Shown one piece after another: positions 19,977 through 30,882 of a DNA stretch of 64,000 nt. Both the position numbers and the translations under genes were made by a program. Numbering within the stretch: the stretch's first letter is position 1; every line of letters begins with the position of its first letter. The DNA is from an uncultured bacterium. Its GTDB lineage: Bacteria > Actinomycetota > Acidimicrobiia > Spongiisociales > UBA5794. The notes under the pieces were generated by a model, which did no database searches, was not told the DNA's origin, and worked only from the letters and a program-made list of their open reading frames with translations. The stretch lies in the NCBI GenBank assembly GCA_963801165.1, contig CAWDDT010000005.1, positions 448,001-512,000 of the forward strand, read 5' to 3'.

Positions 19977-20503
19977 CATTCGCCGTGTTCTTCCCGAGCC
20001 TCATGGGTGTGGGGATCATCGTGTCGGGGACGCTGCTCCTCTCCGACTGGCTGCGGCGACTCTTCCCTCAGGTGCGCTTGCGTAGAGAGCATGCGGTCGC
20101 GGCCGGCGCCTACGGAGCGATCACGGATGCGCTCGCTGCGGCCGGATACCTCCTGGCCGAGCCCGGGTTTCTCCGCCGAGTGTTGCGGCACCGACCCACG
20201 TACGTGGCCGTCGCAATCGCGGGCGCCCTTGTCGCCGCTGCCTCGGTACGGGGTGGTCTGGCACTGCACAACGACCCGCGCGTGCTCCTCGAGAGCCCGT
20301 GGGCTGTCGGCATCGCGTACGTGCTGGGTGGAGCCGCGGCCGTCCTTAGCGTCACCGGTCTGGTCATCGCTCTCTGGTATCGGAGGCTGCCCCGTCTTAT
20401 ACGGGGACTCGTCGAGGCCACGTCGCTGGGCCGCTACAACCTGCCAACCGCCACCGACCAGGCAACCTCACTGAGCAAGATCGAAAAAGGAGTTTCGCCA
20501 TGA
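19973..20503 (+). CDS. Hypothetical membrane protein (3 TM)
   Basis: ATGA overlaps at both ends; hydrophobic segments. Confidence 0.7.
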   Translation: MTFAVFFPSLMGVGIIVSGTLLLSDWLRRLFPQVRLRREHAVAAGAYGAITDALAAAGYLLAEPGFLRRVLRHRPTYVAVAIAGALVAAASVRGGLALHNDPRVLLESPWAVGIAYVLGGAAAVLSVTGLVIALWYRRLPRLIRGLVEATSLGRYNLPTATDQATSLSKIEKGVSP

Positions 20504-20877
20504 AGCGAACCCTGGCAATGGTCGCCCTCATCGTCTTTCTCATCTTCACAGGCATCTACATCTTCGTGTACTTGTTTCGCGCTTTCCGCGAGACCGCACC
20601 GGTCGGTGATCCGGTCCAGATCTGGCATGGGGATCCGTTCGCCCGGGCGATCCTCGTTTCGATCTTCTTCATGATCGGTCTGCTGATCATGTTGTTTGTG
20701 ATGCTGATGCGACCGGGCGCCCATCGCGCCGGCCGGATCTCGGTGCGACCCGATCTGTGGCAGTGGCTCGTCGAACAGGGCAAACGCACCAACGAGCCTC
20801 CCGAGCGCATTGGAGAGCGGGCTATCGCCGTCTATCAAGCACGCCTCGAAGGAACCGACACCGGTGAGCACCGCTAA
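20500..20877 (+). CDS. Two-TM membrane protein with a possible C-terminal ribbon-helix-helix domain
   Basis: AAAGGAG RBS; two strongly hydrophobic helices, then RISVRPDLWQWLVEQGKRTNEPPERIGERAIAVY. Confidence 0.7.
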   Translation: MKRTLAMVALIVFLIFTGIYIFVYLFRAFRETAPVGDPVQIWHGDPFARAILVSIFFMIGLLIMLFVMLMRPGAHRAGRISVRPDLWQWLVEQGKRTNEPPERIGERAIAVYQARLEGTDTGEHR

Positions 20878-20886
20878 TCGAGAGCG

Positions 20887-21354
20887 CTATTCGATCTCGT
20901 AGGCGGGCTTGGCACAGACGGTCCGGAGCGCAAAGCTCGACCGCAGCCTGATAACGCCGGGAAGACGGGACAGATAGGTGCGGTGGATCCTCTCGTAGTC
21001 CTCGACGTCGGCACACAGGATCTGGACGACGTAGTCGGCGTCTCCGGCCATGAGGTGACATGACATCACCCCGGGTACTTCCTTGACGGCCGCCTCGAAC
21101 TCGTCGAGGAGGCCCTCACGCTGGCTCGATAGCGAGATGTCGACAAACACGGACGTCGCCTTGCCGATCGTCGCCGGGTCGATAACCGCTGTGTAGCGGG
21201 CGATCACCCCCTGCTCCTCGAGTCGCCGCACCCGGCGGAGACAGGCGGAGGGGGACAGATGCACCGTCTCGGCAAGAGCAACGTTGCTGATGCGGCCGTC
21301 GTCACCCAACGCAGCCAGAATGGCTCGGTCTGTCCTGTCGAGGCGGTGTGTCAC
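20887..21354 (-). CDS. aldR: Lrp/AsnC family regulator (AldR-like), divergent from ald
   Basis: LDRTDRAIL...LSPSACLRRVRRLE...CHLMAGDADY. Confidence 0.88.
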   Translation of the reverse strand: MTHRLDRTDRAILAALGDDGRISNVALAETVHLSPSACLRRVRRLEEQGVIARYTAVIDPATIGKATSVFVDISLSSQREGLLDEFEAAVKEVPGVMSCHLMAGDADYVVQILCADVEDYERIHRTYLSRLPGVIRLRSSFALRTVCAKPAYEIE

Positions 21355-21383
21355 AACAATCCTTCGCCTTGAGTCTCAGTTAC

Positions 21384-21406
21384 GCATGATTATTGCACAA
21401 TCATGC
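21384..21406. promoter_or_regulatory. Inverted repeat GCATGATT-N7-AATCATGC in the aldR/ald intergenic region; candidate operator
   Basis: Perfect 8-bp inverted repeat in an AT-rich divergent promoter region. Confidence 0.5.
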
Positions 21407-21484
21407 ATTTCTACGCTACAAATCGCAACCACATGTCGGCAATACCGCGATATGTTTGATTCAGCCTCATCGGGAGCTGGTTCT

Positions 21485-22606
21485 GTGATCGTTGGAGTGC
21501 CCAAGGAAATCAAAGTCGCCGAACGACGGGTGGGTCTGAAGCCTCCTTCGGTCCGTGAGCTCGTCAACCACGACCAGCAGGTCATCGTCGAGACGGGTGC
21601 GGGGGCGGGTGTGGGGGCGTCCGATGCGGAGTACGAAGCTGCCGGCGCCCGGATCGTTTCGACTGCCGCCGACGTGTTCGCCACCGCGGACATGCTGGTC
21701 AAGGTCAAGGAACCACAGCCGCAGGAACGCGCCATGCTCCGCGAGGGCCAGATCCTCTTCACCTATCTCCACCTGGCTCCCGATCCGAAGCAGGCGGCCG
21801 ATCTCATCTCGAACAAGTCGATCTGTATCGCATACGAGACCGTGACCGACAACCACGGTGGCTTGCCGTTGCTGGCGCCGATGTCGCGCGTCGCCGGCCG
21901 GCTGTCGGTACAAGCGGGTGCCACCGCGCTCGAGAGCGTCAACGGCGGCTCCGGCATACTCCTCGGTGGGATCCCGGGAGTTGCGCCTGCCCTCGTGGTC
22001 GTCATCGGAGGAGGGGTCGTCGGGGTCAACGCCATCGACGTCGCTCTCGGCATGGGAGCCAACGTCACGGTCCTCGACAACGACGTCGACGTGCTCGACC
22101 GGCTCGGCCGTCACTTCGGTCCGGCGCTGACCACGATCTACTCGACGGCCGCGGCCCTCGACGAGGCCGTCATCAAGGCGGACCTGGTCATCGGAGCGGT
22201 GCTGGTGAAGGGGGCGCGAGCGCCGAAGCTGGTTACGGCGGACATGGTGGCCCGGATGAGCCCGGGCTCGGTCCTCGTCGACGTTGCCATCGATCAAGGC
22301 GGGTGTTTCGAGACGTCACACCCCACTACCCACACCGACCCCACCTTCATCGTCGACGATACCGTTCACTACTGCGTGGCCAACATGCCCGGTGCGGTGC
22401 CGAAGACCTCGACCGCAGCCCTGAACACGGTGACCCTCCCCCGCGTGCTCGCCCTGGCGACGAAGGGTGTCAAGCAGGCCCTTCTCGACGACCCGAACCT
22501 TCGCAACGGGTTGAACGTGTGTGCCGGCATGGTCACCGACGAGGCGGTCGCCAGCGAACTCGGCTACGAGTACGTGGACCCGCTCCAGGCACTCGCTTCG
22601 TTGTAA
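21485..22606 (+). CDS. ald: Alanine dehydrogenase
   Basis: GVPKEIK, VKVKEP, YLHLA, DVAIDQGGCFETS and YCVANMPGAV motifs. Confidence 0.96.
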   Translation: MIVGVPKEIKVAERRVGLKPPSVRELVNHDQQVIVETGAGAGVGASDAEYEAAGARIVSTAADVFATADMLVKVKEPQPQERAMLREGQILFTYLHLAPDPKQAADLISNKSICIAYETVTDNHGGLPLLAPMSRVAGRLSVQAGATALESVNGGSGILLGGIPGVAPALVVVIGGGVVGVNAIDVALGMGANVTVLDNDVDVLDRLGRHFGPALTTIYSTAAALDEAVIKADLVIGAVLVKGARAPKLVTADMVARMSPGSVLVDVAIDQGGCFETSHPTTHTDPTFIVDDTVHYCVANMPGAVPKTSTAALNTVTLPRVLALATKGVKQALLDDPNLRNGLNVCAGMVTDEAVASELGYEYVDPLQALASL

Positions 22607-22758
22607 GGACTTCCGACGTCCGGCCGGATTTCGCCCACGGTACACAGATGAGGGCACCTGATTCTTTCTCCGCTCCGCTAGGCGGCTGTGATCGAGCCGG
22701 ATACAATCGCAGTGGGACGCTGCAAGTTGCCGATGGTGCTACGAGGAGCGGCACAGCC

Positions 22759-23163
22759 ATGGAGTACACGCTCACGCCGTCTACCGATTCGCAGTACATC
22801 ATCATCAAAGTCGTGGGCGAGTTCACTCGGCCCGAGGCGCTCAAGATAGCCAGCGACGCGTTCGAGCTCGGGCGTGAGCTGGGAATCCGGTGCCACCTGA
22901 ACGACATGACCGAAGCACGCAACGTCGACCGCGTCATCGATGACGTGTACTTCACCAGGAAGGACGTCCGGGACATCGAGGCCCGTGACGATATGGCTTG
23001 CGCCGCGGTTCTGGTCGACCCGTCAGACCATTCCCACGATTTCTACGTAGCGTTCGCCAGAGGCAACGGCATCGACATAACACTGTTCTGGGACCGCGAC
23101 GAGGCGATCGCCCATCTCCTGAAAGCCGCAAAGCGCCTCGCAACCGATCGCAGCGACGAATAG
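22759..23163 (+). CDS. Hypothetical protein, STAS/SEC14 (SpoIIAA-like) fold suspected
   Basis: GAGGAG RBS; YIIIKVVGEF...LNDMTEA...LFWDRDEAIAHL pattern. Confidence 0.65.
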   Translation: MEYTLTPSTDSQYIIIKVVGEFTRPEALKIASDAFELGRELGIRCHLNDMTEARNVDRVIDDVYFTRKDVRDIEARDDMACAAVLVDPSDHSHDFYVAFARGNGIDITLFWDRDEAIAHLLKAAKRLATDRSDE

Positions 23164-23308
23164 GGAGACGGACGCTCAGACGATGGCCGGTCCATCGGGG
23201 CGACTGGCGTCGAGGGTGGATGTATTCAGGGACGCCGCTGCAACGTCTCCGTCATCACAGCCCGGGTTCGCCGCGGGCCGGTTCAGCCGCGCAGGGCAGG
23301 ACGGGTCG

Positions 23309-23743
23309 TCACGACGACTCGGCGCCGGGGAGAGCCCGCCAGGCGCGATAGCCGCCGATGAGGTCGGTCGCTCCCGGCACACCGAGGTCCTGGAGGCGGG
23401 CCGCAGCAAGTGATGAGCTGTACCCGTCACTGCAGACGAGAATCACCTTCTGTCCCGGAGCGATCTCGAACGTCCTCGTCGTGCTGGAAGGTGCGAGTCG
23501 CCACTCGAGAACGGTCAGATCGACCACATGCGCGCCGGGCAACTCGCCCTCTCGATGACGTATTGCCGTGTCTCTGACATCGACGACCACGGCACCGTCA
23601 CGCATCTCCTCTGCAAGAAGCTCGGGCACGACGCGATCGAGTCGTGCCCGAGCCCGGGCGAGCAGTTCGTCAATCGAGATCGCTCGAACTGGCGATCCTA
23701 AAGCCGTAGCTCGGGACGCGTAACCACCCGGTAGAGCACCCAA
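23309..23743 (-). CDS. Rhodanese-like domain protein (start uncertain)
   Basis: VVVDVR, GELPGA, CSDGYSS and DLIGGYRAW motifs. Confidence 0.85.
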   Translation of the reverse strand: MGALPGGYASRATALGSPVRAISIDELLARARARLDRVVPELLAEEMRDGAVVVDVRDTAIRHREGELPGAHVVDLTVLEWRLAPSSTTRTFEIAPGQKVILVCSDGYSSSLAAARLQDLGVPGATDLIGGYRAWRALPGAESS

Positions 23744-24162
23744 CCGATCAGCAGGATCACAACGCCGAGGCCGACCGCCATCGCCGACACGCCAAACGCA
23801 ATCACCGACGCATAGAGCGATGCCCTGAGGAACGACGCCGTCATTGCCGTATCACGAAGTGGGTCATCCCGGCCGAGCTGGGCATAGGTGAGCCCGCCGG
23901 TCGCATCCAGCTCGTGGTGCTTGATGGTGAGCGCTTGCTCATATGCGGTGAACGGCCCGTCCACTATCTGGCCGGCGAAGTGGTTGGCGTCGGCTGACAC
24001 GGTGATCTGCTCATCATGAAGATGATGCTTGACGTTGAACCACGTGAAGACCCCGGTTGCGGCCAGGATCAACCCCGCAACCATCACGAGAATTGCGATG
24101 ATCCGCAGAGACGAGCCAGCCGTGGCGGCATCGGGTTTGGATTCGGTGGGTGTGTCGGTCAT
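23698..24162 (-). CDS. Conserved actinobacterial 2-TM membrane protein (family often labelled 'aromatic ring-opening dioxygenase LigA')
   Basis: GPFTAYEQA, ATGGLTYAQL and ASFLRASL motifs. Confidence 0.75.
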   Translation of the reverse strand: MTDTPTESKPDAATAGSSLRIIAILVMVAGLILAATGVFTWFNVKHHLHDEQITVSADANHFAGQIVDGPFTAYEQALTIKHHELDATGGLTYAQLGRDDPLRDTAMTASFLRASLYASVIAFGVSAMAVGLGVVILLIGWVLYRVVTRPELRL

Positions 24163-24321
24163 AGGGCCCTCTCTTCGTCGAGCTTTCGACCTGAGGCTAG
24201 GCTTTTGAAACGCGGTCTGCGACGAATCCCGGGCGTGGGATTCTTGCCGGGCCTCTACTCGCCGGTGTGGTGGCCATGGTCGATGTCGACGAGCGCCAGC
24301 ACGAATCCGGCCGTCGAGCCG

Positions 24322-25674
24322 TTAGCCGAGTATCTCGCGAAGTCTGTCGAGCTGAGCCCTCACTGACTCCATGGAACCGCCACCGGCAGTGATCCGGGAC
24401 GCCACCGATGCTCCAGGAGAGAGCTCGGCCAGGTCCTCGGGGATGAGCTGTGTGTGCGCCGCCTCGAGCTCCCCGGCGGTGGCGTCCGAGAGAGTGCGTC
24501 CCTGCGCCGCCAGCCCGGCGACGAGTCGACCGACGGCGTCATGTGCCGCCCGGAAGGGGACCCCGCGCCCCACCAGGAGCTCCGCCAGATCCAATGCGGT
24601 TACCATCGACGACGGCTCCGGTGGATGGAAGCTGGCGCTCTCGATCATCCCTCCCATGGCGACCAGCGCCAGGGCCAGCGTATCGTCGGCGTGGAAGACC
24701 GCCCTCTTGTCCTCTTGGAGATCCCGGTTATAGGTGAGCGGGAGACCTTTCTGCAACGCGAGCAACGTGGTGAGATCGCCGATGACCGCCGCCGCCTTCC
24801 CCCGGGTGAGCTCGGCGATATCGGGGTTCTTTTTCTGCGGCATTGCCGAGGATCCGGTGGTGAAAGCATCGCTGAACGTAGCCCAACCAAACTCCTCGGT
24901 CCCCCACAGGACCATCTCCTCAGAGAGACGCGATAGCGTCACCATGGTCTGCGCACAGCAGAACACATACTCGGCGACGAAGTCCCGTGACGCCACGGCG
25001 TCCATCGAGTTGGCGAACACCGCTTGGAACCCGAGGCTCGCCGCACTTCGCCCGGGATCGATGGGCAGCCGGCTTCCCGCCGAGGCTCCCGCACCGAGAG
25101 GCGATACGTCGATCCGCAGGTACGCATCGAGAAAACGGCTGCGGTCGCGTAACAGCATCCAGGCGTAGGCCAATAGGTGGTGCGCCAATGGCACCGCCTG
25201 AGCCTGCTGAACATGGGTATACGAGGCGACAACGGTGTCGCCCGCATCCTCGGCGCAACCCATCAACACTCGTACCAGATCGGTTATCTCTGCGGCGCGC
25301 TCCCCGGCGGCCCGGCGCAGGTAGAGCCGCAAGTCGAGGCACACCTGATCGTTGCGAGAACGCCCGGTGTGCAGCTTCCCGGCTACCTCGCCGATCAGCT
25401 CATAGAGCCTCCGCTCTACGGCGGAATGCACATCCTCGTCACCATCGGACCAGGCGAACCCACCCGAGGCTGCCTCCGCCAGTGCCGTGGCCAGACCGAG
25501 CTGCAACTGGTCTCGCTCCTCGGCCGTGAGGACGCCCACCTCCGCGAGCATGGCCGCGTGAGCCTTCGATCCCTCGATGTCGTCGACGAGCAGCCGGCGG
25601 TCGGCATGATCGACGGTAAACCGCCACAGCAGCTCGCCCGGGCCCTCCTCGAACCTGCCACCCCACAAGGTCAC
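24322..25674 (-). CDS. argH: Argininosuccinate lyase
   Basis: LWGGRF, LHTGRSRNDQ and GSSAMPQKKNP motifs. Confidence 0.97.
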   Translation of the reverse strand: MTLWGGRFEEGPGELLWRFTVDHADRRLLVDDIEGSKAHAAMLAEVGVLTAEERDQLQLGLATALAEAASGGFAWSDGDEDVHSAVERRLYELIGEVAGKLHTGRSRNDQVCLDLRLYLRRAAGERAAEITDLVRVLMGCAEDAGDTVVASYTHVQQAQAVPLAHHLLAYAWMLLRDRSRFLDAYLRIDVSPLGAGASAGSRLPIDPGRSAASLGFQAVFANSMDAVASRDFVAEYVFCCAQTMVTLSRLSEEMVLWGTEEFGWATFSDAFTTGSSAMPQKKNPDIAELTRGKAAAVIGDLTTLLALQKGLPLTYNRDLQEDKRAVFHADDTLALALVAMGGMIESASFHPPEPSSMVTALDLAELLVGRGVPFRAAHDAVGRLVAGLAAQGRTLSDATAGELEAAHTQLIPEDLAELSPGASVASRITAGGGSMESVRAQLDRLREILG

Positions 25675-25676
25675 GG

Positions 25677-26887
<1,211 letters not shown>

Positions 26888-26891
<4 letters not shown>

Positions 26892-27358
26892 TTCCTTGCT
26901 CCCATTTCTTCGATCTTGGCGGCAATCGTGTCCCCGCCGATCTCGGCTGAGGCCACGATCACGATGGTGTCATCACCGGCGATCGTGCCGAGAACACCGC
27001 CGACCAGGGCCCGGTCGATCGCTCCGGCGACGAGGTGGGCTGCTCCAGGCGGGGTGTGCAGCACTACCAGGTTGTCCGATACAGCCATCTCCTCGACAAA
27101 GTCGTTCACGGCGCGGCGCAATCTGATCTCGGCGTCGCTCAACTGCTCGGTGCCCGGTGTCAGGCTGTAGCGCACTGAGCCGTCATCGTCGCGAATCTTG
27201 AGTGCACCCAGCGCATCGAGGTCCCGGGACACCGTCGCCTGTGTCACCGGATAGCCCTCTTCCTCGAGCAACTCGACGAGCTGGCTCTGGCTGGTGATCT
27301 GCCCCTCGGTAAGAAGCTTGCGAATCAAGCGGCGTCGGCCTGCGGTCGCCGGGCTCAC
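26888..27358 (-). CDS. argR: Arginine repressor
   Basis: [10 protein letters not shown] and GTIAGDDT motifs; GTG overlaps the argB stop. Confidence 0.96.
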
Positions 27359-28263
27359 GGCACCGGCTCCATCGTCACCATTGTTCCTATCCCTTCTGGT
27401 GTGAAGATCTCGAGAAGCAAAGCGTGCTGCATCCGTCCGTCGAGTATGTGGGCCCTCTCCACTCCACCTTCGATCGCAACGATGCAAGACCGCAGCTTGG
27501 GGAGCATCCCTGAAGAAACCGACCCGGAGTCAATCAACTTCTTCAGATCGGGCACGACGATGCGCGCTATCAGCGACTCCTCGTCGCCGAGGTCGCGGTA
27601 CAGACCCTCGACGTCTGTCAGATAGATCACCTTCACCGCGCCCACAGCCTCGGCGAGCGCCCCGGCTGCGGTATCCGCGTTGAGGTTGTACGTCTTGCCG
27701 TCTTCCCCCCGTGCCAGCGGCGCCACCACGGGTACATAGCCCTCAGCCTGGAGACTCTGGATCAGGTCGGGATTGACCCGGGTGATCTCGCCGACGTATC
27801 CCAGCTTCTCGTCCTTCGGTCGGGCGATGAAAGTGTTCCCATCCAGACCGTTCACCCCGGCCGCCACCGAACCGTGGGTGTTGATCAAGCGCACGATGTC
27901 CGGGTTGATCTCGCCGGCGAGCGTCGACTGGACCACCCTGATTGTCTCCCCGTCGGTAACCCGCAAACCCTCGTGCCACACCGGCTCGATACCAAGCTGC
28001 CCCATCGCCCGCGAGATGTGAGGCCCACCCCCGTGGACGATGACCGGCTTGATGCCCACGTAATGCATCATGGCAACGTCGTCGGCAAACGTGCTGCGCA
28101 AGCTCTCGTCGACCATCGCAGATCCGCCGTACTTGATAACGACCGTTTTGCCGCGGAAGTCCTTGATGAAGGGAAGAGCCTCGGAGAAGATACGGGCCTT
28201 GCCCATGGTCTTGGCAATGCGGGGTTTGGCTTCGTGCGGTGTGGAGTGTCCTGTCGTGCTCAT
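27355..28263 (-). CDS. argB: Acetylglutamate kinase
   Basis: VIKYGGSAM, VHGGGP, NLNAD and GMLPK motifs. Confidence 0.96.
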   Translation of the reverse strand: MSTTGHSTPHEAKPRIAKTMGKARIFSEALPFIKDFRGKTVVIKYGGSAMVDESLRSTFADDVAMMHYVGIKPVIVHGGGPHISRAMGQLGIEPVWHEGLRVTDGETIRVVQSTLAGEINPDIVRLINTHGSVAAGVNGLDGNTFIARPKDEKLGYVGEITRVNPDLIQSLQAEGYVPVVAPLARGEDGKTYNLNADTAAGALAEAVGAVKVIYLTDVEGLYRDLGDEESLIARIVVPDLKKLIDSGSVSSGMLPKLRSCIVAIEGGVERAHILDGRMQHALLLEIFTPEGIGTMVTMEPVP

Positions 28264-29426
28264 CAGCTGTACTCCGCGTTGAACGCTACGTATTCGGGGG
28301 TGAGGTCGGTGGTGATCACCCTGGCCCGGCCCGGGCCGTCACCTACGGTCATCGTCACCGTGAAGTCACCCTTGGCGATGGCCTCGTGGAGAGCGGGCCC
28401 ATCGTGGTCAACAGCGACGCCCGCACGGGCAATGTCGATTCCCTCGTAGGCGACACCAAACCGGGCGGGGTCGAATTCGAAGTCGGTTGCCCCGAGCGCA
28501 CCGAGCAGCCGACCCCAGTTGGGGTCGCCCCCGTAGAACGCCGCCCTGACCAGCGCAGAATCGGCGACGAGCCGCCCGGCGCGACGCGCCTCGGCATCGC
28601 CGGCTGCCCCGACCACCTCGATCAGCACGACCCGGCCGGCACCCTCCGCGTCGGCGGCGAGTTGGTTGGCGAGATCCCAGCACACCCGGGTCATGGCCTC
28701 AGTGAATGAACCGGCGTCCGGAGCCGTCCCGCTCTCCCCCGAGGCGAGGGCGATCACGGTGTCGTTGGTGGAGGGGCACCCGTCGATGTTGAGGGCGTGA
28801 AAAGACTCATCGACAGCAGCTCGCAGTGCGGTTTCCAGCATCCCTGGGTCGACCACGGCGTCGGTGGTCAAGACGGCCAGCATGGTGGCGAGGTCGGGAC
28901 GCACCATACCCGCACCTTTGGCCATCCCGCCGACGGTGTATCCGGGCGCCGCGTACACGCTCTCCTTGGGCACCGTGTCTGTGGTCATGATCGCCCGGGC
29001 CGCCCGGGTACCGGCGTCGGCATCACCCGCCAGTTGCTCACCGGCGGCGAGGATCCCCTCGATCACTCTCTTGATGGGAAGTGGCTTGCCTATGCCGCCG
29101 GTGGAGCACACCAGCACTTCCTCGTGGCTGCACCCGACCACGCTGGCCGTGGCGTTGACCATCGCCCTGGCGTCGGCAACACCGGTCGCGCCCGTGGCTG
29201 CGTTGGCGCACCCCGAGTTGAGAACGACGGCCCGCATTGTCTTGCTACGATCCAGCTGCTCGCGGCTCACCACCACCGGCGCCGCCTGCGCCCGGTTGCG
29301 AGTGAACACTGCAGCAGCGGCCAGCCCGGCGTCGCCGGCGATGACGGCGATGTCCGGCGCACCCGATGCCTTGATGCCGGCGGCCACACCGGCTGCTTTG
29401 AACCCCCTTGCCGCGGTGACGCTCAC
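28263..29426 (-). CDS. argJ: Ornithine acetyltransferase/N-acetylglutamate synthase
   Basis: NSGCANA, IMTTDT, AKGAGMVRPDLATML, STNDT and DPNWGR motifs. Confidence 0.96.
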   Translation of the reverse strand: MSVTAARGFKAAGVAAGIKASGAPDIAVIAGDAGLAAAAVFTRNRAQAAPVVVSREQLDRSKTMRAVVLNSGCANAATGATGVADARAMVNATASVVGCSHEEVLVCSTGGIGKPLPIKRVIEGILAAGEQLAGDADAGTRAARAIMTTDTVPKESVYAAPGYTVGGMAKGAGMVRPDLATMLAVLTTDAVVDPGMLETALRAAVDESFHALNIDGCPSTNDTVIALASGESGTAPDAGSFTEAMTRVCWDLANQLAADAEGAGRVVLIEVVGAAGDAEARRAGRLVADSALVRAAFYGGDPNWGRLLGALGATDFEFDPARFGVAYEGIDIARAGVAVDHDGPALHEAIAKGDFTVTMTVGDGPGRARVITTDLTPEYVAFNAEYS

Positions 29427-30448
29427 GGCATCCACCCCGCCATAGGCAGCCCGGTCGTCTCATCGAGACCGAGCGCGATGTTGACCGATTGGACGGCGGC
29501 GCCTGCGGTGCCCTTGGTGAGGTTGTCGATGGCCACGAGCACGAGCGCGGTCCCGGTGCGAGGGTCGAAGTGCGGTTTGAGCAGCACCCTGTTCGAGTTG
29601 GTGACCCAACGTGTGTTGGGTGACGCCTCGGACACCGAGACAAACGGAGTCTTGGCGTAAGCATCGGCGAAGATGTCGTCGACAGCCTCGCCGTCCGTCC
29701 CTTCGGTCACCGGGATGTAACAGGTCGACAGAATCCCCCTCTGCATGGGGATCAGGTGAGGGGTGAAGATCACCGTCGGTTCGAACGGCCCGTCCTGGCC
29801 GAGCACCTGCTCGATCTCGGGTTGATGGCGGTGGGCGAGCACCCCGTATGCGACGGCACCTTCGTCCACGGCGCCGAACATGAGATGCTCCTTGGCGCCG
29901 CGACCGGCACCAGAGACACCCGAGACCGCGTCAACGATGATGGGACCGGCAACGAGCCCGGCCCGGTGCAAGGGGGCGATGCCGAGCAGCGCCGAGGTCG
30001 GGTAGCAGCCGGGGACCGCGATGCGATCGGCACCGGCGAGCTCGGCGGCGAACAGCTCGGGCAGACCGTAGACCCATTGCCCGAGCTGCTCCGGGTAAGG
30101 GTGGGGCGAGCCGTAAGCCGCCAGGTAGCGCTCGGGCGTGTCGAGACGGAAGTCGCTGCCCATGTCGACGACCTTGGCTCCCGTCTCCCTCATCCGCATC
30201 GCCGGCTCCGCAGAAGCGCCGTGCGGCAATGCGAAGAACGCGACCTCGACGTCGGGCAAGAAATCCGGCTCGTTGGAGCGAAGGATGCGATCCCCTCCCG
30301 CGAGGTGGGGATGAACGTCGCCGAGGGAAGCCCCCGCCCTGGTGTGCGCTCCGAGATAGACTGCCTCCAGATCAGGATGGGCGTCGATCAATCTGATCAA
30401 CTCGCCCCCGCCGTACCCGGATGCTCCGAAGATGGCTGTGCGGATCAT
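29423..30448 (-). CDS. argC: N-acetyl-gamma-glutamyl-phosphate reductase
   Basis: GASGYGGGEL, PGCYPT, SGVSGAGR and IDNLTKG motifs. Confidence 0.96.
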   Translation of the reverse strand: MIRTAIFGASGYGGGELIRLIDAHPDLEAVYLGAHTRAGASLGDVHPHLAGGDRILRSNEPDFLPDVEVAFFALPHGASAEPAMRMRETGAKVVDMGSDFRLDTPERYLAAYGSPHPYPEQLGQWVYGLPELFAAELAGADRIAVPGCYPTSALLGIAPLHRAGLVAGPIIVDAVSGVSGAGRGAKEHLMFGAVDEGAVAYGVLAHRHQPEIEQVLGQDGPFEPTVIFTPHLIPMQRGILSTCYIPVTEGTDGEAVDDIFADAYAKTPFVSVSEASPNTRWVTNSNRVLLKPHFDPRTGTALVLVAIDNLTKGTAGAAVQSVNIALGLDETTGLPMAGWMP

Positions 30449-30472
30449 CGTTCCTTCCAACAAAGAGGATGG

Positions 30473-30500
30473 ACTATACGCATATGCACATACTTGTCAA
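30473..30500 (-). promoter_or_regulatory. Housekeeping-sigma promoter of the arg operon (TTGACA-N16-TATAGT); the AT-rich TGCATATGCG spacer may be an ArgR site
   Basis: Near-consensus -35 and -10 read on the minus strand about 25 nt upstream of argC. Confidence 0.7.
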
Positions 30501-30635
30501 GCCGAACTTCGCTCCATATTCGCTCCCCGTGCCAAATAGGTTCGCCAATTTGAGCCTTGAGAACAAGCGCGGGAGCGCCTGTCGCTACCGCACATGAACC
30601 CCGCCGCGGTATTGTCGCGGCATGATGTGGTTGCC

Positions 30636-30839
30636 ATGATGTGGTTAGTCGCCCACCAGGGCGGGTGGGATGAGATATTGCTCTTTGTCGCACCGCTCGC
30701 GATCGCTTTCATCGCCATCGGCGCGTTCGAGCGCCGCGGTCGTAAGCCCGATGCCGACCGGGATCCGGAGAAGCCGACCGGCCACGCCGACGAACGGCGG
30801 CCCGGGCGTGCTTCGGGAGATACAAAAGAGTCGAGCTGA
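30636..30839 (+). CDS. Small single-TM protein with an HQGGWDE motif
   Basis: MMWLVAHQGGWDEILLFVAPLAIAFIAIGAFERR followed by a charged tail. Confidence 0.6.
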   Translation: MMWLVAHQGGWDEILLFVAPLAIAFIAIGAFERRGRKPDADRDPEKPTGHADERRPGRASGDTKESS

Positions 30840-30882
30840 TGCCTCGAGCTGGTGCAATTCGCCAAACTTCTAGACTGAACCC

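Noticed and set aside
30533-30560. A fifth sigma28-like promoter on the minus strand upstream of argC (TCAA-N15-ACCTATTT)
   Set aside because: The CCGA core is broken, the spacing differs, and a good housekeeping promoter already explains argC.
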